Below, piece after piece: positions 13,021 to 26,310 of a stretch of 64,000 bases of DNA. Each line of letters opens with the position of its first letter. The stretch's first letter is position 1. Under the pieces are notes generated by a model. It ran no database searches. It saw only the letters and a program-made list of their open reading frames with translations, and had not been told where the DNA came from. The translations under genes and the position numbers were made by a program. This DNA comes from Stegostoma tigrinum (taxonomy: Eukaryota), in assembly GCF_030684315.1 (NCBI RefSeq), contig NC_081382.1, forward strand, positions 9,611,267-9,675,266. Direction: 5' to 3'.

Positions 13021-14394
13021 ATTTTCGCATTGTTCAAGTCCTTTCAAAATATCAGCTGCTGGCTAACACCCCATCACCAAGAGTTGGTTTAATACCGAAC
13101 TACGGTATGCAGCCTCATATTCAGACTTGTATTGCATTATTGCCACATTTTTGTTCCGGTGTGCCAACTTGCAGTGTGACTTGGACCGAAGACAACATGC
13201 TTTTCTCACCGGATTTTCACAGCTGCTGGCAAGAAAGACAGATACTTCCCCGTAAGTGCTTCACAGCATTTTGTGACTGAGCAGCTTGCATCCGCAGTTG
13301 TGCCAAAGTAGGGGAGAATGCTGAACAACAAAATAAACACAAAAAGCAGCTGCCACTGCAATGGCAAGACCTGCCTCCCAGTCTCCTTGAAATTGTTCAG
13401 TGCTGACGTGCTCTAGATTGTGTCAACTAGCCTGCTGCAGGATCTTACTTGAGTGAAACTCATAGAAAGGTGGAAGCAAATGAACTGAACAGTTTCCACA
13501 ATTGAACAGGAGTCCACACCAGCCCGGCTTTGCCTTTCAATGCAAGAAACTTATAGTTATTCATGATGCGCCGAGATAATTCTCAGAGCTAAGAATTTGA
13601 AACTTCCCCTTGCTTATGTTAGATCTTCATTGAAGAATGAATTTTCTTCATCATACATTACAGAAATAAGAGAATCTGGGTTGGCTATGCACATTGTCAG
13701 AAAATAATCATCAACAGAACTGTACCTTTCAGTGAGACTTGATTCAAACAGATAGTGGAAAGATGGCAAAAATGATGCCTTTCTTTCAAGCCTCCCCCTG
13801 ACCAACCTCAACCGTATGCATTTCTAAGGCATGTTTTTTTTGTAAGTTGTGCCTCTTGAGAACAGACTACTGAATTTCTTTTGTGAATTTGGAAATAGAG
13901 GAAAAGTTAATGATTATTTTTCAATATCCTCATTATAGCTGCAATATTATTACACGGATCCGTAAAAGCACTATGCTGATAGGAGAGAAAAATTACATCA
14001 CGACATGGGACATACTGGTTTCATAAGCCTTCATCTTAATCTGAGTGGTTAATGAGTTAATTTGTAACAGTCAGTCCAGTCAGTCTGATCAGTCACCAGT
14101 TCATTCAGCTCACCAGCCTCCTGACTGTGTATATAGTGGGAAATTAATCTAAGTGACCATATTGCCCTGACTAAGTCTGAGATATCATCTCAATGCATAT
14201 AATTTGTGGGGTTAATGAACTTTAAGACACCTGTCTCAACAATGGAAATTAGACACTGCAGTTTCACAAAGAACGTACAGGTTTTATTTTGAAACTTGCT
14301 GGTTAAAAGTATAAATGTGCAATGTTCCTTTGTTCATTTCGCAAGGTCATGTGGCTTCTGATGAGAAGATGGATTTGATATGTTTGTGAGACAA

Positions 14395-14710
14395 TTAGAT
14401 TAGATTCCCTACAATGTGGAAACTGGCCCTTTGGCCCAACAAGTCCACACCGCCCTTTTCAACATCCCACCCAGACCAATCCCCCTATAACCCACACACC
14501 CCTGAACACTATGAGCAATTTAGCTTGGCCAATCCACCGGGCCTGCACATCTTTGGACTGTGGGAGGAAAGCAGAGCACCCGCAGGAAACCCACGCAGAC
14601 ACAGGGAGAATGTGCAAACTCCACAGAGACAGTCACCCGATGCTAGATTTGAACCCGGGTCCCTGGTACTGTGAAGCTACAGTGCTAACCACTGAGCCAC
14701 CGTGCCACCC
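14395..14710 (-). mobile_element. HE1-type V-SINE
   Basis: tRNA head (GGTGGCTCAGTGGTTAGCAC; GGTTCAAATC), V-domain GTCTGCGTGGGTTTCC...TCCCACAGTCCAAAGATGTGCAGG, and (TCTAA)n tail. Confidence 0.92.
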
Positions 14711-15854
14711 CACCAAGTGCTTTTGGGTTGAAATGTTAGCCAGCAACAGGTTTTGGAGTTTTAAGCTACAGTTTACCATGGACCTCCGAAGTAGAGTTGA
14801 ACACAGTCCTACAGGAAGCCTGCAAGCGAAGACACCTCCCTCTTCTCCTCAACCTCTGTGAGATAGGATAAAACTCTTAAAATCTCCAAAAAGAAGAACT
14901 TCTAAATCTAGTAAAGATCTAGCTGTAATTGATTGTCTGCCCTTTTCCAGCTTTACAGTTTGGACACTTGAACTACAGAATTTGTTTCTTCTTTTATCAA
15001 TGTTTTCCACCCATGATCTTCCCTTTCTGCAAAGCTCTCTGCATTGTCTAACTTCTTTGTTAATGAACTGGTTGCATTTGCATTTAAAGCAACTATTGTT
15101 TATAATTACATAACAATATTTAATAACTCACTTTATCCACATGTTAAAGAATAAGTTTGTTCAAAATGAATGCATTTCTTTTTGCTTACTAGTAAAACTT
15201 CACTTAAGTTTCTTTTGTCCTAAAAAGCTGTCAAGGTCAAGCAAGTTAACCACTTTGATGATTCAATTGTACTTTTCTACCTGTGTGATTGCTTGTGAAA
15301 TGGTGGAGATTGATTAATGGCACACACTTCCCATCAGGACTATAATGTAAACATTTTCTCAACACTATACTGTAGCATCAGGCAGGATTAAATACTCACA
15401 TCCTGGGAGTAGCAGCCATCAACATTCTGACTCAGAGCTAAGAATGCTTTCACTGACCCTGGGTCATAAACATGAACTGCCTTTGGATTTCGAGAACAAA
15501 AATCAGCCTGCTCTTTGCTGAAGCTTAACATTTCATCAGTCATCAGCAGGCAGCTTTTTCTTTCGCTACTTTGAGAGGAATATAAATCATTCCCATATCT
15601 CGATATTTCATGGTATTGAAATTAAAGACCATTAGTCAGTCTTGTTTTCTTGCTGTCTTACAAAATCTCACGATTGGCAAACTCTTCACCTTTGTCAATG
15701 TCCCCCTTCCTTCTGCATGATTTTAAAATGCATGCTCAGCAAATGTGAGTTAGCACCACTGGATCAATTTCAACTTGCTTCCTGCCTTCTTCAATCACTC
15801 TCATGGGCCTTGGCCTTCTGAATAAAAATGAATAAAAAACAAAAAAATGATGAT

Positions 15855-16135
15855 AACACAGGCATCAACATGCAAATGGCCAGAAAATCCACATCTATAA
15901 TGTTGCTTGAAGGATAAACATTTGCTTGGACACTGGGGATAACTCCACTGCTGTTATGAGTGAAATGGCATCTTTTACCTCCACCTAAATAGGCAACTGG
16001 GGCCACTACTTTAACATTTGACTGAAGAGGCAGAATTTCCAATGATGCAGCTTTCTTTCACTACTCAGGCTTGAGCATGGGAACTGAACACAGAACCTTC
16101 TGATAGTGAGGCAAGAATGTTACCAGTAGAGCTGT
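15855..16135 (-). mobile_element. Old Deu-domain SINE
   Basis: GAAGGATAAACATTTGCTTGGACACTGGGGATAACTCC...GGCATCTTTTACCTCCACCT is the reverse complement of the Deu core. tRNA-like head near 16080-16135. Confidence 0.6.
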
Positions 16136-16347
16136 GCTTTCATATGTCCTAACAAACAAAAATGGGTAGAGATATATTAGGTCACAAGCTGCAAGGAGAT
16201 TGTCCTGGAGGCTTATGTTGGTTTATAACTTCCATCAGCCTGAAAGGAAACAATGAGTTTCACTACCCTAGGACCTTCAGGGAGATCTGGCTCTTGATGA
16301 CAAACCCTAGTAGAGTCTTCACTATCACCAGCAGCTCTGTAGACCAT

Positions 16348-16686
16348 GGCATAGCAGCTTAGTGATTAGCGCTGCTGCCTCACAGCACCAGAGACCTGGG
16401 CTTGATTCCGCCTCAAGAAACTGTACCTGTGGAGTTTGCATATTCTCCCTGTGCCTGTGCAGCTTTCCTTGGGATGCTTTGATTTCCTCCCACAATCCAA
16501 AGATGCCCAGGTCATGTGGATTGGCCATGGGAAATTGCTCATATTGTCTAAGGATGTGCAGGATATGTGGATTAGTCTTGGGGGATGCAGTGTTACAATA
16601 AGTGGGTCTGGATAGTCTGTTCTTCAAAGTGTCAGTGTGCACTTGATGGGCTGAATAGCCTGCTTCCACAGTGTTGGGATCCTAGG
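16348..16686 (+). mobile_element. HE1-type V-SINE (diverged)
   Basis: TTAGTGATTAGCGCTGCTGCCTCACAGC head, V-core TTTCCTCCCACAATCCAAAGATG, and CR1-like tail. Confidence 0.85.
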
Positions 16687-18566
16687 ACCACTGCAGATTT
16701 TGAATTTTAAATAAGTTTATATATAAGGCCTTAACAAAGCACATTGATTTGAGGTGTCACCATTATCCCTCTCCATTAGTCCTTTTACTACTTCAGGAGG
16801 TTTTGCAGTAGTGCAGAAAACTTACCATTGACACTGAGGGAACACCATACACCAGCCCGGCAAATTGGTTAACATCAGTTGCAAAAACTCCCTCAGGGAG
16901 TAACCCTGCTGCTTTAGCAAGGGTGCAGACTCTAAAAACTTGTTGAAGTTTGGCCATCATACCAGTCTTGGAAATAACTTAGATGGTAGAGTGTTAGTTT
17001 ACCTGAGAAAAATATGTAAATACAGCACATTATTTTCAATAAGCCTGCAATTTTGGTAATGTACAGACCTAGCTGCAAGGCCAAGAAAAGTCCATTATGA
17101 TAACCCACAAGAAAGATTCAATCATTCTTCAACATGATTGTTTATAGAATGGGCATTAAATAAACCATGTGGAAAGGCAGAGAAAAGAAAAGAACAATCA
17201 AGATTGATGCCCATAGCTGAACAGACAATCCCGTGATCATCCACACTAATAATGCAGCTGTCAACCGCTTACTAATTCCTCCAGTCCATCAGACATTTCC
17301 ACACATTCACCAGTATGTTCGATGTTTCCTTGGGAGACTTTCGGATCGAAGAGGTAATAATGCAGAGTCTGATGTTTCTGAAATGACCTTTAGCAAACTG
17401 ACTAACACACAGGAGTGCTGGAGCGTGCACACACAATTTAAACAGCAGCTCAGCAGTTTGGAGTTGAACTGAATCAGATAGTGATAGACACTGGCAGTTC
17501 ATATTCTGAACATATGGAGGAGATTTGAGATTGTACACTTCATTTGCCACCAGCTGACATCCAAAAACTTGCTTTGCTGATTGAAGTTTTGTGAGAACAT
17601 ATGCCAAAAGCACTTATTTTGACAAGACAATCTTTCATTTTGTGGATTCCTATGTTACAGCCGGTCTTTCACCGATCCAAAGGTTCTGGGAAAACAAAAC
17701 CTGCAGGTTGCATGTGACTGTTAGAAAGAGGTTCAGATTCCTGCACTTTACTTAACTTTATTTTGAACCTGTTCATTCTTGGGCTTTTATTTCAAAGAAA
17801 CAACCTCTAGGAGATTCTCAGACTATTGATTTCTTTTGAGTTGCTTTCAGTTTTGTTTTATGACTGTTTGCAATACATTACTCATTCAAACAAGAACTCA
17901 TCAAAATTCCTACAATGTCTGTTCCTTCTGTCTCAAATGGAAGATTTCACTTCTATGAGATCAACTTAAAGCAATTGAGAATTGCTTCATGGATCACATG
18001 TCGATTTAAATGTCAGACATTTCTTTGTTCACCGAACTTCTGGCACTTACTGCAGCTTTGTAAGGATACAAGCAGATCTACAGTAGATTTCCATTAACTG
18101 TTTGACACCCGTAAGTCCAAAATGCTGGCTGGACATGGGAAGCTCACAGCAGATCCTCAAGTAGGGTTCCAATATAAACATACAGTTGCAGGAACAGAAA
18201 CCCTGGGGTATATGAGGCATTGTTCTGTCTCGGTCGCTGCTCTCAGTGGTTGTCATTTTAAGTGGTGGATCACTTATTTAGTTATAAACTTAACATCTGT
18301 TTCCCATGTGCTGATGTTAATAGAGTAGACATAAATAGATTTGTAATGAGCAAGGGATGGAAGTGTGTCGGGGGAAGACTAGAATGTGCAAGTTGACACT
18401 GCAGTCAGATCAGGTGTGATCTATTTGAGTGTCGGAGCAGGCTCAAAGAGCCAAGTGGCTAACTCTAATTCCTAATTTGTTGGTAAAAATTAACATGATC
18501 ATTTTGGCCTGCTAGGGTAGACACGAAAGATCCTGTGACAAAGATCCCATGACATTTGATTCTGAC

Positions 18567-18912
18567 AGGGAAGTGATGGCCTCGTGGTATTATCACTAGA
18601 CTCTTAATCCAGCAATGGAGGTAATGTTCTGGTGACCTGGATTTGAATCTCAGAGCAGCACATGGCTGAATTTAATTGGGAAAGAAAAATCTAGAATTAA
18701 GAGCTTACCAATGGCTAAGAATTAGTTGTCAGGAAAAACCCATCTGGTTCACTAATATCCTTTAGGGAAGGAAACTGCCATCCTTACCTGGTCTGGCCTA
18801 TATATGATTCCAGAACCACAGCAATGTGATTAACTCCAAACTACCCTCTGGGCAATTAGGGATGGGCAATAAGCCAGCAAAACCCTCATTCTGTGAATGA
18901 ATGAAATAAAAA
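18567..18912 (+). mobile_element. tRNA-derived SINE with LINE-derived tail (near full length)
   Basis: TGGCCTCGTGGTATTATC head; AAAAACCCATCTGGTTCACTAAT...GGGAAGGAAACTGCCATCCTTACCTGGTCTGGCC; GGGCAATTAGGGATGGGCAATAA tail. Confidence 0.85.
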
Positions 18913-19381
18913 ATCCAAATGAAGATTCACATCCACAGCTCCCAATCTTTGTTTCCTTAACATGTGGTGCCAAACTAATGAGTTCCAAAGTGACGGAAAG
19001 GTTTGTAGTTATTAAATACATCAAAGGATAGGGCAGAAAAGTGCCATTGAAGATCACCCATGATCGAGTTAATAGTAAGCAGGTTCAACAGGCTAAATGG
19101 TCCATTCTTGCACCTAATTCCTAAGCCCACTGGACTGTTCCATTTCAATTCCATTACTGTTTGCTGTGTTATGATGTCCTGATAAATGCATCATCGGCAT
19201 TTTGGCTGCTTATTTTAATTACTCTACACTGTGGGTATTTTCTTTAAACCCCGAAAAGGAGTATCTTTAATTTGCGACTTGCATCTCCTGCTCTGCCCTG
19301 TAAAAGAGAGATTTGGCTGCAAAACATACTTCCAACAACCTCTGGACATTCCAAAGGCCCTTATTGCTAATGCAGTAATTA

Positions 19382-22322
19382 TTGAACAATGAACAATACA
19401 GCACAGCACCAGGCCCTTTGGGCCCTCCAAGCCTGCAAGCTACATTCTGCTATAACAGTCTTCACTTACAGGATCCATACCCCTCTATCCTCACTAGTCC
19501 CTTCCTATTCATGTATTTGTCCGGATGTTTTTTAAATGCTGCTATCGTGTCTGCTTCCACCACCTCCCCTGGCAATGCGTTCCAGGCACTCACCACGCTT
19601 TGAGTGAAAAACCTGCTTCGCACACCTCTTTTAAACATCCCCCCTCCCCACACTTCAACCCATGTCCCCCTAGTAATTGACCCCTCCACCCTGGGAAAAA
19701 GCCTCACACTTTCTATTCTATTCATGTCATTCATAATCTTATAAACTTCTGTCAGGTCACTCGTCAACCTCCTCAGTTCAAGTGAAAACAAACCCAGTCT
19801 ATCCAACCTTTCTTCATAGCTAAAATCCCCAATACCAAGCAACATCCTGGTAAACCTTTTCTGTTCCCTCTCCAAAGCATCCACATCCTTCTGGTAGTGT
19901 GGTGATGAGCACTGTATGCCATATTCCAAGAGTGTCCTGGCTAAAGTTCTATATAGCTGCAGCACAACTTGCCTATCCTTATTTTCAATGCCCCTTCCAA
20001 TCAAAGTAAGTGTGCCATAGGCCTCCTGCACTAGCTTATCTGTCTACTCCTCCATTTTCAGTGACCTGTGGACCTGCACACCAGATCTCTCTGCATATCA
20101 GTACTCTTAATGAATCTGCCTTCAATGAATAATTTCCACCTGTACTTGGCCTTTTAAGATGCGTTACCTCACAGCAGGCCAAGCAGCATCTTAGGAGAAC
20201 AAAAACTGACATTTCGGGCATAGAAACATCAGCCTTTGTGCTCCTAAGATGCTGCTAGGCCTGCTGTGTTCATCCAGCTCTACACTTTGTTACCTCTGAC
20301 TCTCCAGCATCTGCAGCTCCCATTATCTCTGCATTACCTCACATTTGTCCGGATTAAACTCCATCTGCCATTTTCCTGCCCATGCCTCTAACTGATCTAT
20401 CCAGCTATATCCTCTGACAATCCTCCTCAGTGTCTGCAACTTCACCAATCTTTGTATCATTCACAAACATACCACATTTTCCTCCAAATCATTTATGTAG
20501 ACTGTGAGCAGCAGAGGTCCAGCGCTAATCCCTATGGTACACCACTGGTCACAACCTTCCATTCTGAAAAAAACATCCTTCCATTGCTACTCTCTGTCCC
20601 CTGTGACTAAGCCAGCTGACCCCTGATACCATGTAACATCACCCTTTATACCAGTCTGCCATGGGGTACCATGTCAAAGGCTTTATTGATGCCCATGTAG
20701 GGAACATCAACTGCTTTTCCATCATCAATCACCTTTGTCACCTCCACAAAAAAAACTCCATCAAGTGAGTGAGGCATGACCTCCCTTGCACAAAATCATG
20801 CTATTGCTAATGAGTCCATTTTTTCTAAATGCTTCCAGATGGTGCCCCTGAGAATGTTTTCCAATAATTTCCCGACCACTGATGTGAGGTTCACAGGCTT
20901 GTAATTTCCTGGATTATCCTTGCTGCCCTTCTTAAACAAGGGGACAACATTGGCTAGTCTCCTGTTCTCTGGGGCCTCATCTGTGGCCGAAGACGATATA
21001 AAGATACCTGTCCATGCTCCAGAAATTTATTCTCTTGCCCTTCTCAATATTTCAGGGTAGATCCCATTAGGACCCAGTGACTCATCTACCTTAGTACTTT
21101 TTAAGATTCACAACATTTCTTCCTTTTTAATAGCAATTTAGAAATTTGTCACTCCTTCCCTGAGATTATCCTCCACCAATTCCTTCTGTTTGGTGAATGT
21201 TGACATAAAGTATTCATTTAGGACCTCGCCCATCTCTTCTGGCTCCATGGATAGATTGCACCCTTTATCCTTGAGTGGGCCAAACCTTTCTGTGGCTATG
21301 TTCTTTTTTTATATATATATATAAAAAGCTTTGGGATTGTCCTTTATCTTGTTTGCTAACCATTTTTCATGGCCTCTTTTAGCCCTTCTAGTTCCTTGTT
21401 TTTTCCGACTTTCTTACTTCAATGACTTTGTCAATTCCATGCTCCTAGACCTAATTTATGTTTCCTTTTTCTTTTTGACCAAGGTCATAACATCCCAGTC
21501 TTCTAACGTTCACATAACTTGCCCATATCTATCCATCATTCTCACAGGAACATGGTGCTGCTGATCTTATATCAACTGCCATTTGAAATACTTCCACACA
21601 TTTGATGTGGATTTACCCTCGAACAGTTGCCTCCAATTAATATTCTATAGTTCTTGCTTGATATTGTTGTCATTCACCTTGCCCCAATTTAACACCTGCA
21701 CCTGAGGACCCCTATTACCCCTATCCATGTGTACCTTATATCTCATGGTATCATGATCACTACCCCTGAAATGCTCCCCATTGATACTTCAGCCAATTGA
21801 CTGGGTTCATCTACCAAAGTTATGTCCAGTATAACCAGTTCCCTGTTTGGACTGTCAAGAAACCCTTCTGAATGGTCCTTACAAATTCTGCCCCATTCAA
21901 GACCCTATCGTGTCGTGAGTCCCAGTCAATATAAGGGAAGTTAAAATCACCCACCGCAACAAGCCTGCTGCTTTTATTATATCTTCCCAAAATCTGCCTA
22001 CATATCCTCTCTTCTGTCTCCCATTGGCTGTTGGGAGGCCTATAGTATACTCCCAGCATTATACTTACCCCAAATTGCCTCAGTGCATGAGTCCTCTGAA
22101 TGATCCTCCCTCAGTTCAGCTGTGAGATAGTCCTTTATGTGTGATACAACTCCCCTACCCCTTTTCTAACCTTTCCTATCATACCTGTAACATCCAAATC
22201 CTGGGACAATCCTATCCCTCTTCCAACCAAGCCTCTGTATTTGTAATAATGTCATAGTTCTAAGTGCTAACCAAAGCTCTCCGTTCGTTTACCTTGTCTA
22301 TTACACTTCTCACATTGAGATG
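19382..22322 (-). mobile_element. CR1 LINE, nearly complete but decayed ORF2 (APE endonuclease to 3' tail)
   Basis: ORF 21820..22059 has GVYYRPPNS and VGDFNFPYIDW (endonuclease). ORF 19462..20031 is the CR1 C-terminus. Tail near 19382. Confidence 0.92.
20174..20329. mobile_element. Palindromic PLE-terminus mini-insertion nested in CR1
   Basis: GCAGGCCAAGCAGCATCTTAGGAG...CTCCTAAGATGCTGCTAGGCCTGC. Direct repeat TGC(G/A)TTACCTCACA at 20160-20173 and 20330-20343. Confidence 0.88.
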
Positions 22323-22329
22323 TAGTCAG

Positions 22330-25300
22330 TGTTGTAATATCAGAAACCAGTGGCAGGAGTGGTGAGAGCGCGAGCCAAGGGGCAGCCAGGAAGGTAAAGT
22401 TTTGGGATAAAAAATCTTGCTTTTTGAAAAGGTGGAGCGAAGGCTGCGCAGAAGAAAATGCAGAACAGGGACTGCTGGGTGAATGAACTAATATATTCAG
22501 GCAGCGGTTACACCCAAAACATGACATGTGTAGTGTCTCCCACCCATCCTCTTTCTCTAAGCTAAAAAAAGGACTCTGCATGGAGGGTAGGTAAGGTGAG
22601 CTTGTTTTATACCTTCCTCTTTATCTCTTGGCAATCTAGAGCAGAGGGGATGGAAGCTAAGGTATTTGCATGCTTTTCTTGTAGGATATGGGAGGCAAGG
22701 TTCACTACCAGTGTCCCTTTGACTTCACCTTGAGAAGTGCACCTAACCCCAGCTCCTCGCAGACAGCGTTAGGGAACTGGAGCTGGAGCTGGGTGAACTC
22801 CGGATCATTCGGGACGCTGAGGGGGTGATAGAGAGGAGTTATAGGGAGGTGTTCACACCCAAGGTACAAGAAAAAGGTAGCTGGGTAATTGTCAGGAGGG
22901 GGAAAGGGAATAGGCAGACAGTGCAGGGATTTCCGGTGGCTCAGTAAGTATACTGTTTTGGATACTATTGGGGGGAATGAACTTTCAGGGGAAAGCCATA
23001 GCGGCAAGGACTCTAGCACTGAGTCTGGCGCTGTGGCTCAAAAGGGAAGTGGGGTGAATAGAAGAGCGATAGTGGTAGGAGATTCACTGGTTAGGGAAAC
23101 AGTTAGGTGGTACCGGGCGAGACTCCTGAATGATATGTTGCTTCCTGGGTGCTAGGGTTAGGGATGTCTTGGATTGAGCCGACAGGATTTTTAAGGGGGA
23201 GGGAGAGCAGCCAGAAGTCGTGCTATAAATCATTACTGAAGACATAGGTAGCAAATGGGATGAGGACCTGAAAAGTAAATATAGGGAGTTAGGATGGAAG
23301 CTAAAAGCCAGGGTGAGCAGGGTAGTAATCTCAGGATTACTACCGGTAACATGGGCTAGTGAGGCCAGGAATGGAGAGCGAATGCAGCTGAACACATGGC
23401 TACAAAGCTGGTGTAGGAGGGAGGACTTCAGGTTTGTGGATCATTGGGATACCTTCTGGGGAAGGTGGGACCTGTACAGGAAGGACGGGTTGCACCTGAA
23501 TAGAGGGGCAACAATATCCTGGGCAGGGGGTTTGCTCGCGCTCTTCAGGAGGGTTTAAACCAGTTTGACAGGGGGATGAGAACCAGAGCTACAGATCAGA
23601 GGACGGGGTAGACAGTTGACAGGTAGATACAGCATGCAGAGAGTCTTTGAGGAAGGATAGACAGTTGATAGGGCAAAGTTGCAGTCAGTGTGATGGGTTG
23701 AAGTGTGTCTACTTTAACACAGGAAGTGTCAGGAAAAAGGGTGACAAACGTAGAGCATGCATCAGTACTTGGAACTACGATGCTGTGGCCATTATGGAGA
23801 CTTGGGTGACACAGGGGCAGGAATGGTTGTTGGATCTTCCAGGGTTTAGATGTATCAAATCAAATGAGGAAGGAGGTAAAAGATGTAGGGGAGTGGCACT
23901 GCTAATCAGGGATGGTATCACAGCTGCAGAAAGAGGGGTCATGGAGGAGGGTTTCTCCATTGAGTCAGTATGGGTGGAAGTCAGATACAGGAAAGAAACA
24001 GCCACTTTATTGGGAGTTTTCTATAAAGCCCCCAACATCAACAGAGACAGTGAGGAGCAGATTGAGAGACAGATTTTAGAAAGGTATGGAAGTATTAGGG
24101 TTGTTGTCAAAGATGACTTCAACTTCCCCCACATTGACTGGAGCCTCCTAAGTGCAGATAGTTTGGATGGAACAGATTTTGTCAGGGGTGTCCAGGAAGG
24201 ATTTTTGACTTAATATGTAGATAGGCCGACTAGAGGGGAGGCCATATGGATTTGGTGCTTGGCAACGAATGAGGCCAGATATCAGATATCTTGGTGGGAG
24301 ATCATTTCTATGATAGTGATCGCAACTTCCTGACCTTTACTATAGACATGCAGAAGGATTGGAACAGATGGTATGGGAAAGTATTTAATCGGGGGAGGAG
24401 AAATTACAATGCTATTAGGCAGGAACTGCGGATCATAAATTAGGATCAGATGTTCTCAGGGAAATGTGCAACAGAAATGTAGAGGTTGCTTCGGGAGTAG
24501 TTGCTACAGGTTCTGAATTGGTTTGTCCCACTGATGCAAGGAAAGGACGGTAAGGTGAAGGAACCTTGGATGACAAGACATGGGAACATCTAGTCAAGAG
24601 GAAGAAGGAAGATTACTTAAGGTTGAGGAAGCCAGGATCGGACAGGGCTCTAGAGGGCTACAAGGAAGCCAGGAAGGAACTGAAGAATGGACTTAGGAGA
24701 GCTAGAAGTGGGTATGAGAAAACCTTGGTGGGTAGGATTAAAGAAAATCCCAAGGAGTTTTATGCTTATGAGAGGCACAAGAGGATGGCCAGAGTGAGGG
24801 TAAGGCCAATTAGGGATAGTGGAGGGAACTTGTGCACGGAGTCAGGCGAGGTAGGGGAGGTCCTTAATGAATATTTTGCTTCTGTATTCACAGGGAGAGG
24901 GACCTTCACGTTTGTGAGGACAGCATGAAACAGGCAGGTATGCTCGAGCAGAAAGGAGCCGTTCGTTTCCTTCCTGTTTGTCCGGTGTAGTGTTTCTCGC
25001 AGTCTCTGCAGGAGATCTTGTAGATGACATTGGTCTTGTCCATGCTGGGGAGTGGATCTTAAGTTTGGGTGAGCAGTGTCATAGGGTTGACATGGGCTTG
25101 CATGCCACTCTGATGCCCAGCGGTCGTTGGAGTCTTGTGGTGAGTTCCGACATGTTCCTGACGCAGGGTAGTGTGATGAGTCGTGTCTTGAAGAATCTTT
25201 CTGATGCTGTTCCTGTAGGCATCTTCTGACCCAGTTATTTGGCTATCCATTATCCTTGAACACTTGGAAGAAGTATTCCTTCTCCTCTTGGCGTAGTTCC

Positions 25301-26000
25301 ATGTTTTTGCAGTGTGTTGTTGCCCTTTTAAATAGTGTTCGCACGCAGCTTCATTTTTGTGTGCTGGGATGGTTACTACTGAAGTTCAGTACCTGGTCTG
25401 TGTGTGTGGCTTTTCAGTGTACACCAACCTTAACACCTACAACCCGAGCTACAGTTCTCCTCCAAAACCTTAGACACAATTGGAATATTGTGTTCAGTTC
25501 TGGTCACCTCATTATAGGACGGATGTGGAAGCTTTAGAGGGTGCAGAGTAGATTTACCAGGATGCTGCCTGGACTGGAGGGCAGTTCTTATGAGGAAAGG
25601 TTGAGGGAGCTAGGGCTTTTTTCATTGGAGTGAAGAAGGATGAGAGGTGACTTGATAGAGGTGTGCAAGATGAAGAGAGGCATGGATAGAGTGCACAGTC
25701 AGAGACTTTTTCCCAGGGTGGAAATGACTGTTGCTAGGAGGCATAATTTTAACATTATTGGAGGAAGGTATAGGGGAGACGTCAGAAGTAGGTTCTTTAC
25801 ACAGAGACTGGTGGATGTGTGGAATGCGCTGCTGGTGGTGGTAATGGAGTCAAATACATTAGGGGCATTTAAGTAACTCTTGGGTAGGCACATGGGTGCT
25901 AGTAAAATGAAGGGTGTGCAGAGTAGTTTTGATCTTAGAGTAGGGTAATAGGTTGATGCAACATTGTAGGCTGAAGGGCCTGTATTGTGTTGCACTGTTC
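22330..26000 (+). mobile_element. CR1 LINE with 5' UTR, ORF1 (zinc finger/coiled coil plus SGNH esterase-like) and an ORF2 lacking most of RT
   Basis: ORF1 remnants: ELELGELRIIRDAEGVI, RRAIVVGDSLVR, RVVISGLLPV, DLYRKDGLHLN. ORF2 endonuclease: CVYFNTGSVR, AIMETW, GVALLIR, DFNFPHIDW, then IKENPKEFYAY. C-terminus at 25475-25900. Confidence 0.92.
24955..25470 (-). mobile_element. PLE fragment (RT thumb/linker plus GIY-YIG N-terminus) with an inverted terminus, nested in CR1
   Basis: Minus strand translates to KATHTDQVLNFSSNHP...CVRTLFKRATTHC and DKTNVIYKISCRDCEKHYTGQTGR. 25425-25470 matches the family terminus seen at 1340 in the opposite orientation. Confidence 0.85.
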
Positions 26001-26004
26001 TCTG

Positions 26005-26310
26005 GTCTATGGCAGCCAGCTAGTATACCACAAGTTCTCAGAAGCTGTGCCATGCTGAATGCAAGAATATCTGTATAAATAATGTCAGTTGAGAGATAAA
26101 TAATGACGTATTCAGTAGGGGAGTGCTCTTTGTTCTTCCTCAGACCAGTCCCATGGAATGGCTTGCACTCAAGAGAGAACACATGCTCTTGACTTATATT
26201 TGCATCTGAAAGGTAGCAACACTGATAGTGCAGCATTCTGACAGTAGTGCACTGGAGAGCAAGTTTATGAGTTGTACTTGAATTTCTGAAACAGGACATG
26301 ACATGAACAG
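26005..26310 (-). mobile_element. Old Deu-domain SINE
   Basis: GTTGAGAGATAAATAATG...TTTGCATCTGAAAGGTAGCAACACTGATAGTGCAGCATTC resembles the reverse-complemented Deu SINE. Confidence 0.55.

Noticed and set aside
13614-13811. 65-aa acidic minus-strand ORF
   Set aside because: No recognisable homology, weak splice context, and a length expected by chance.
14060-15350. Possible degenerate solo LTR around the V-SINE (similar texture at 54940-55500)
   Set aside because: No clear termini, TSD or second copy could be established by eye.
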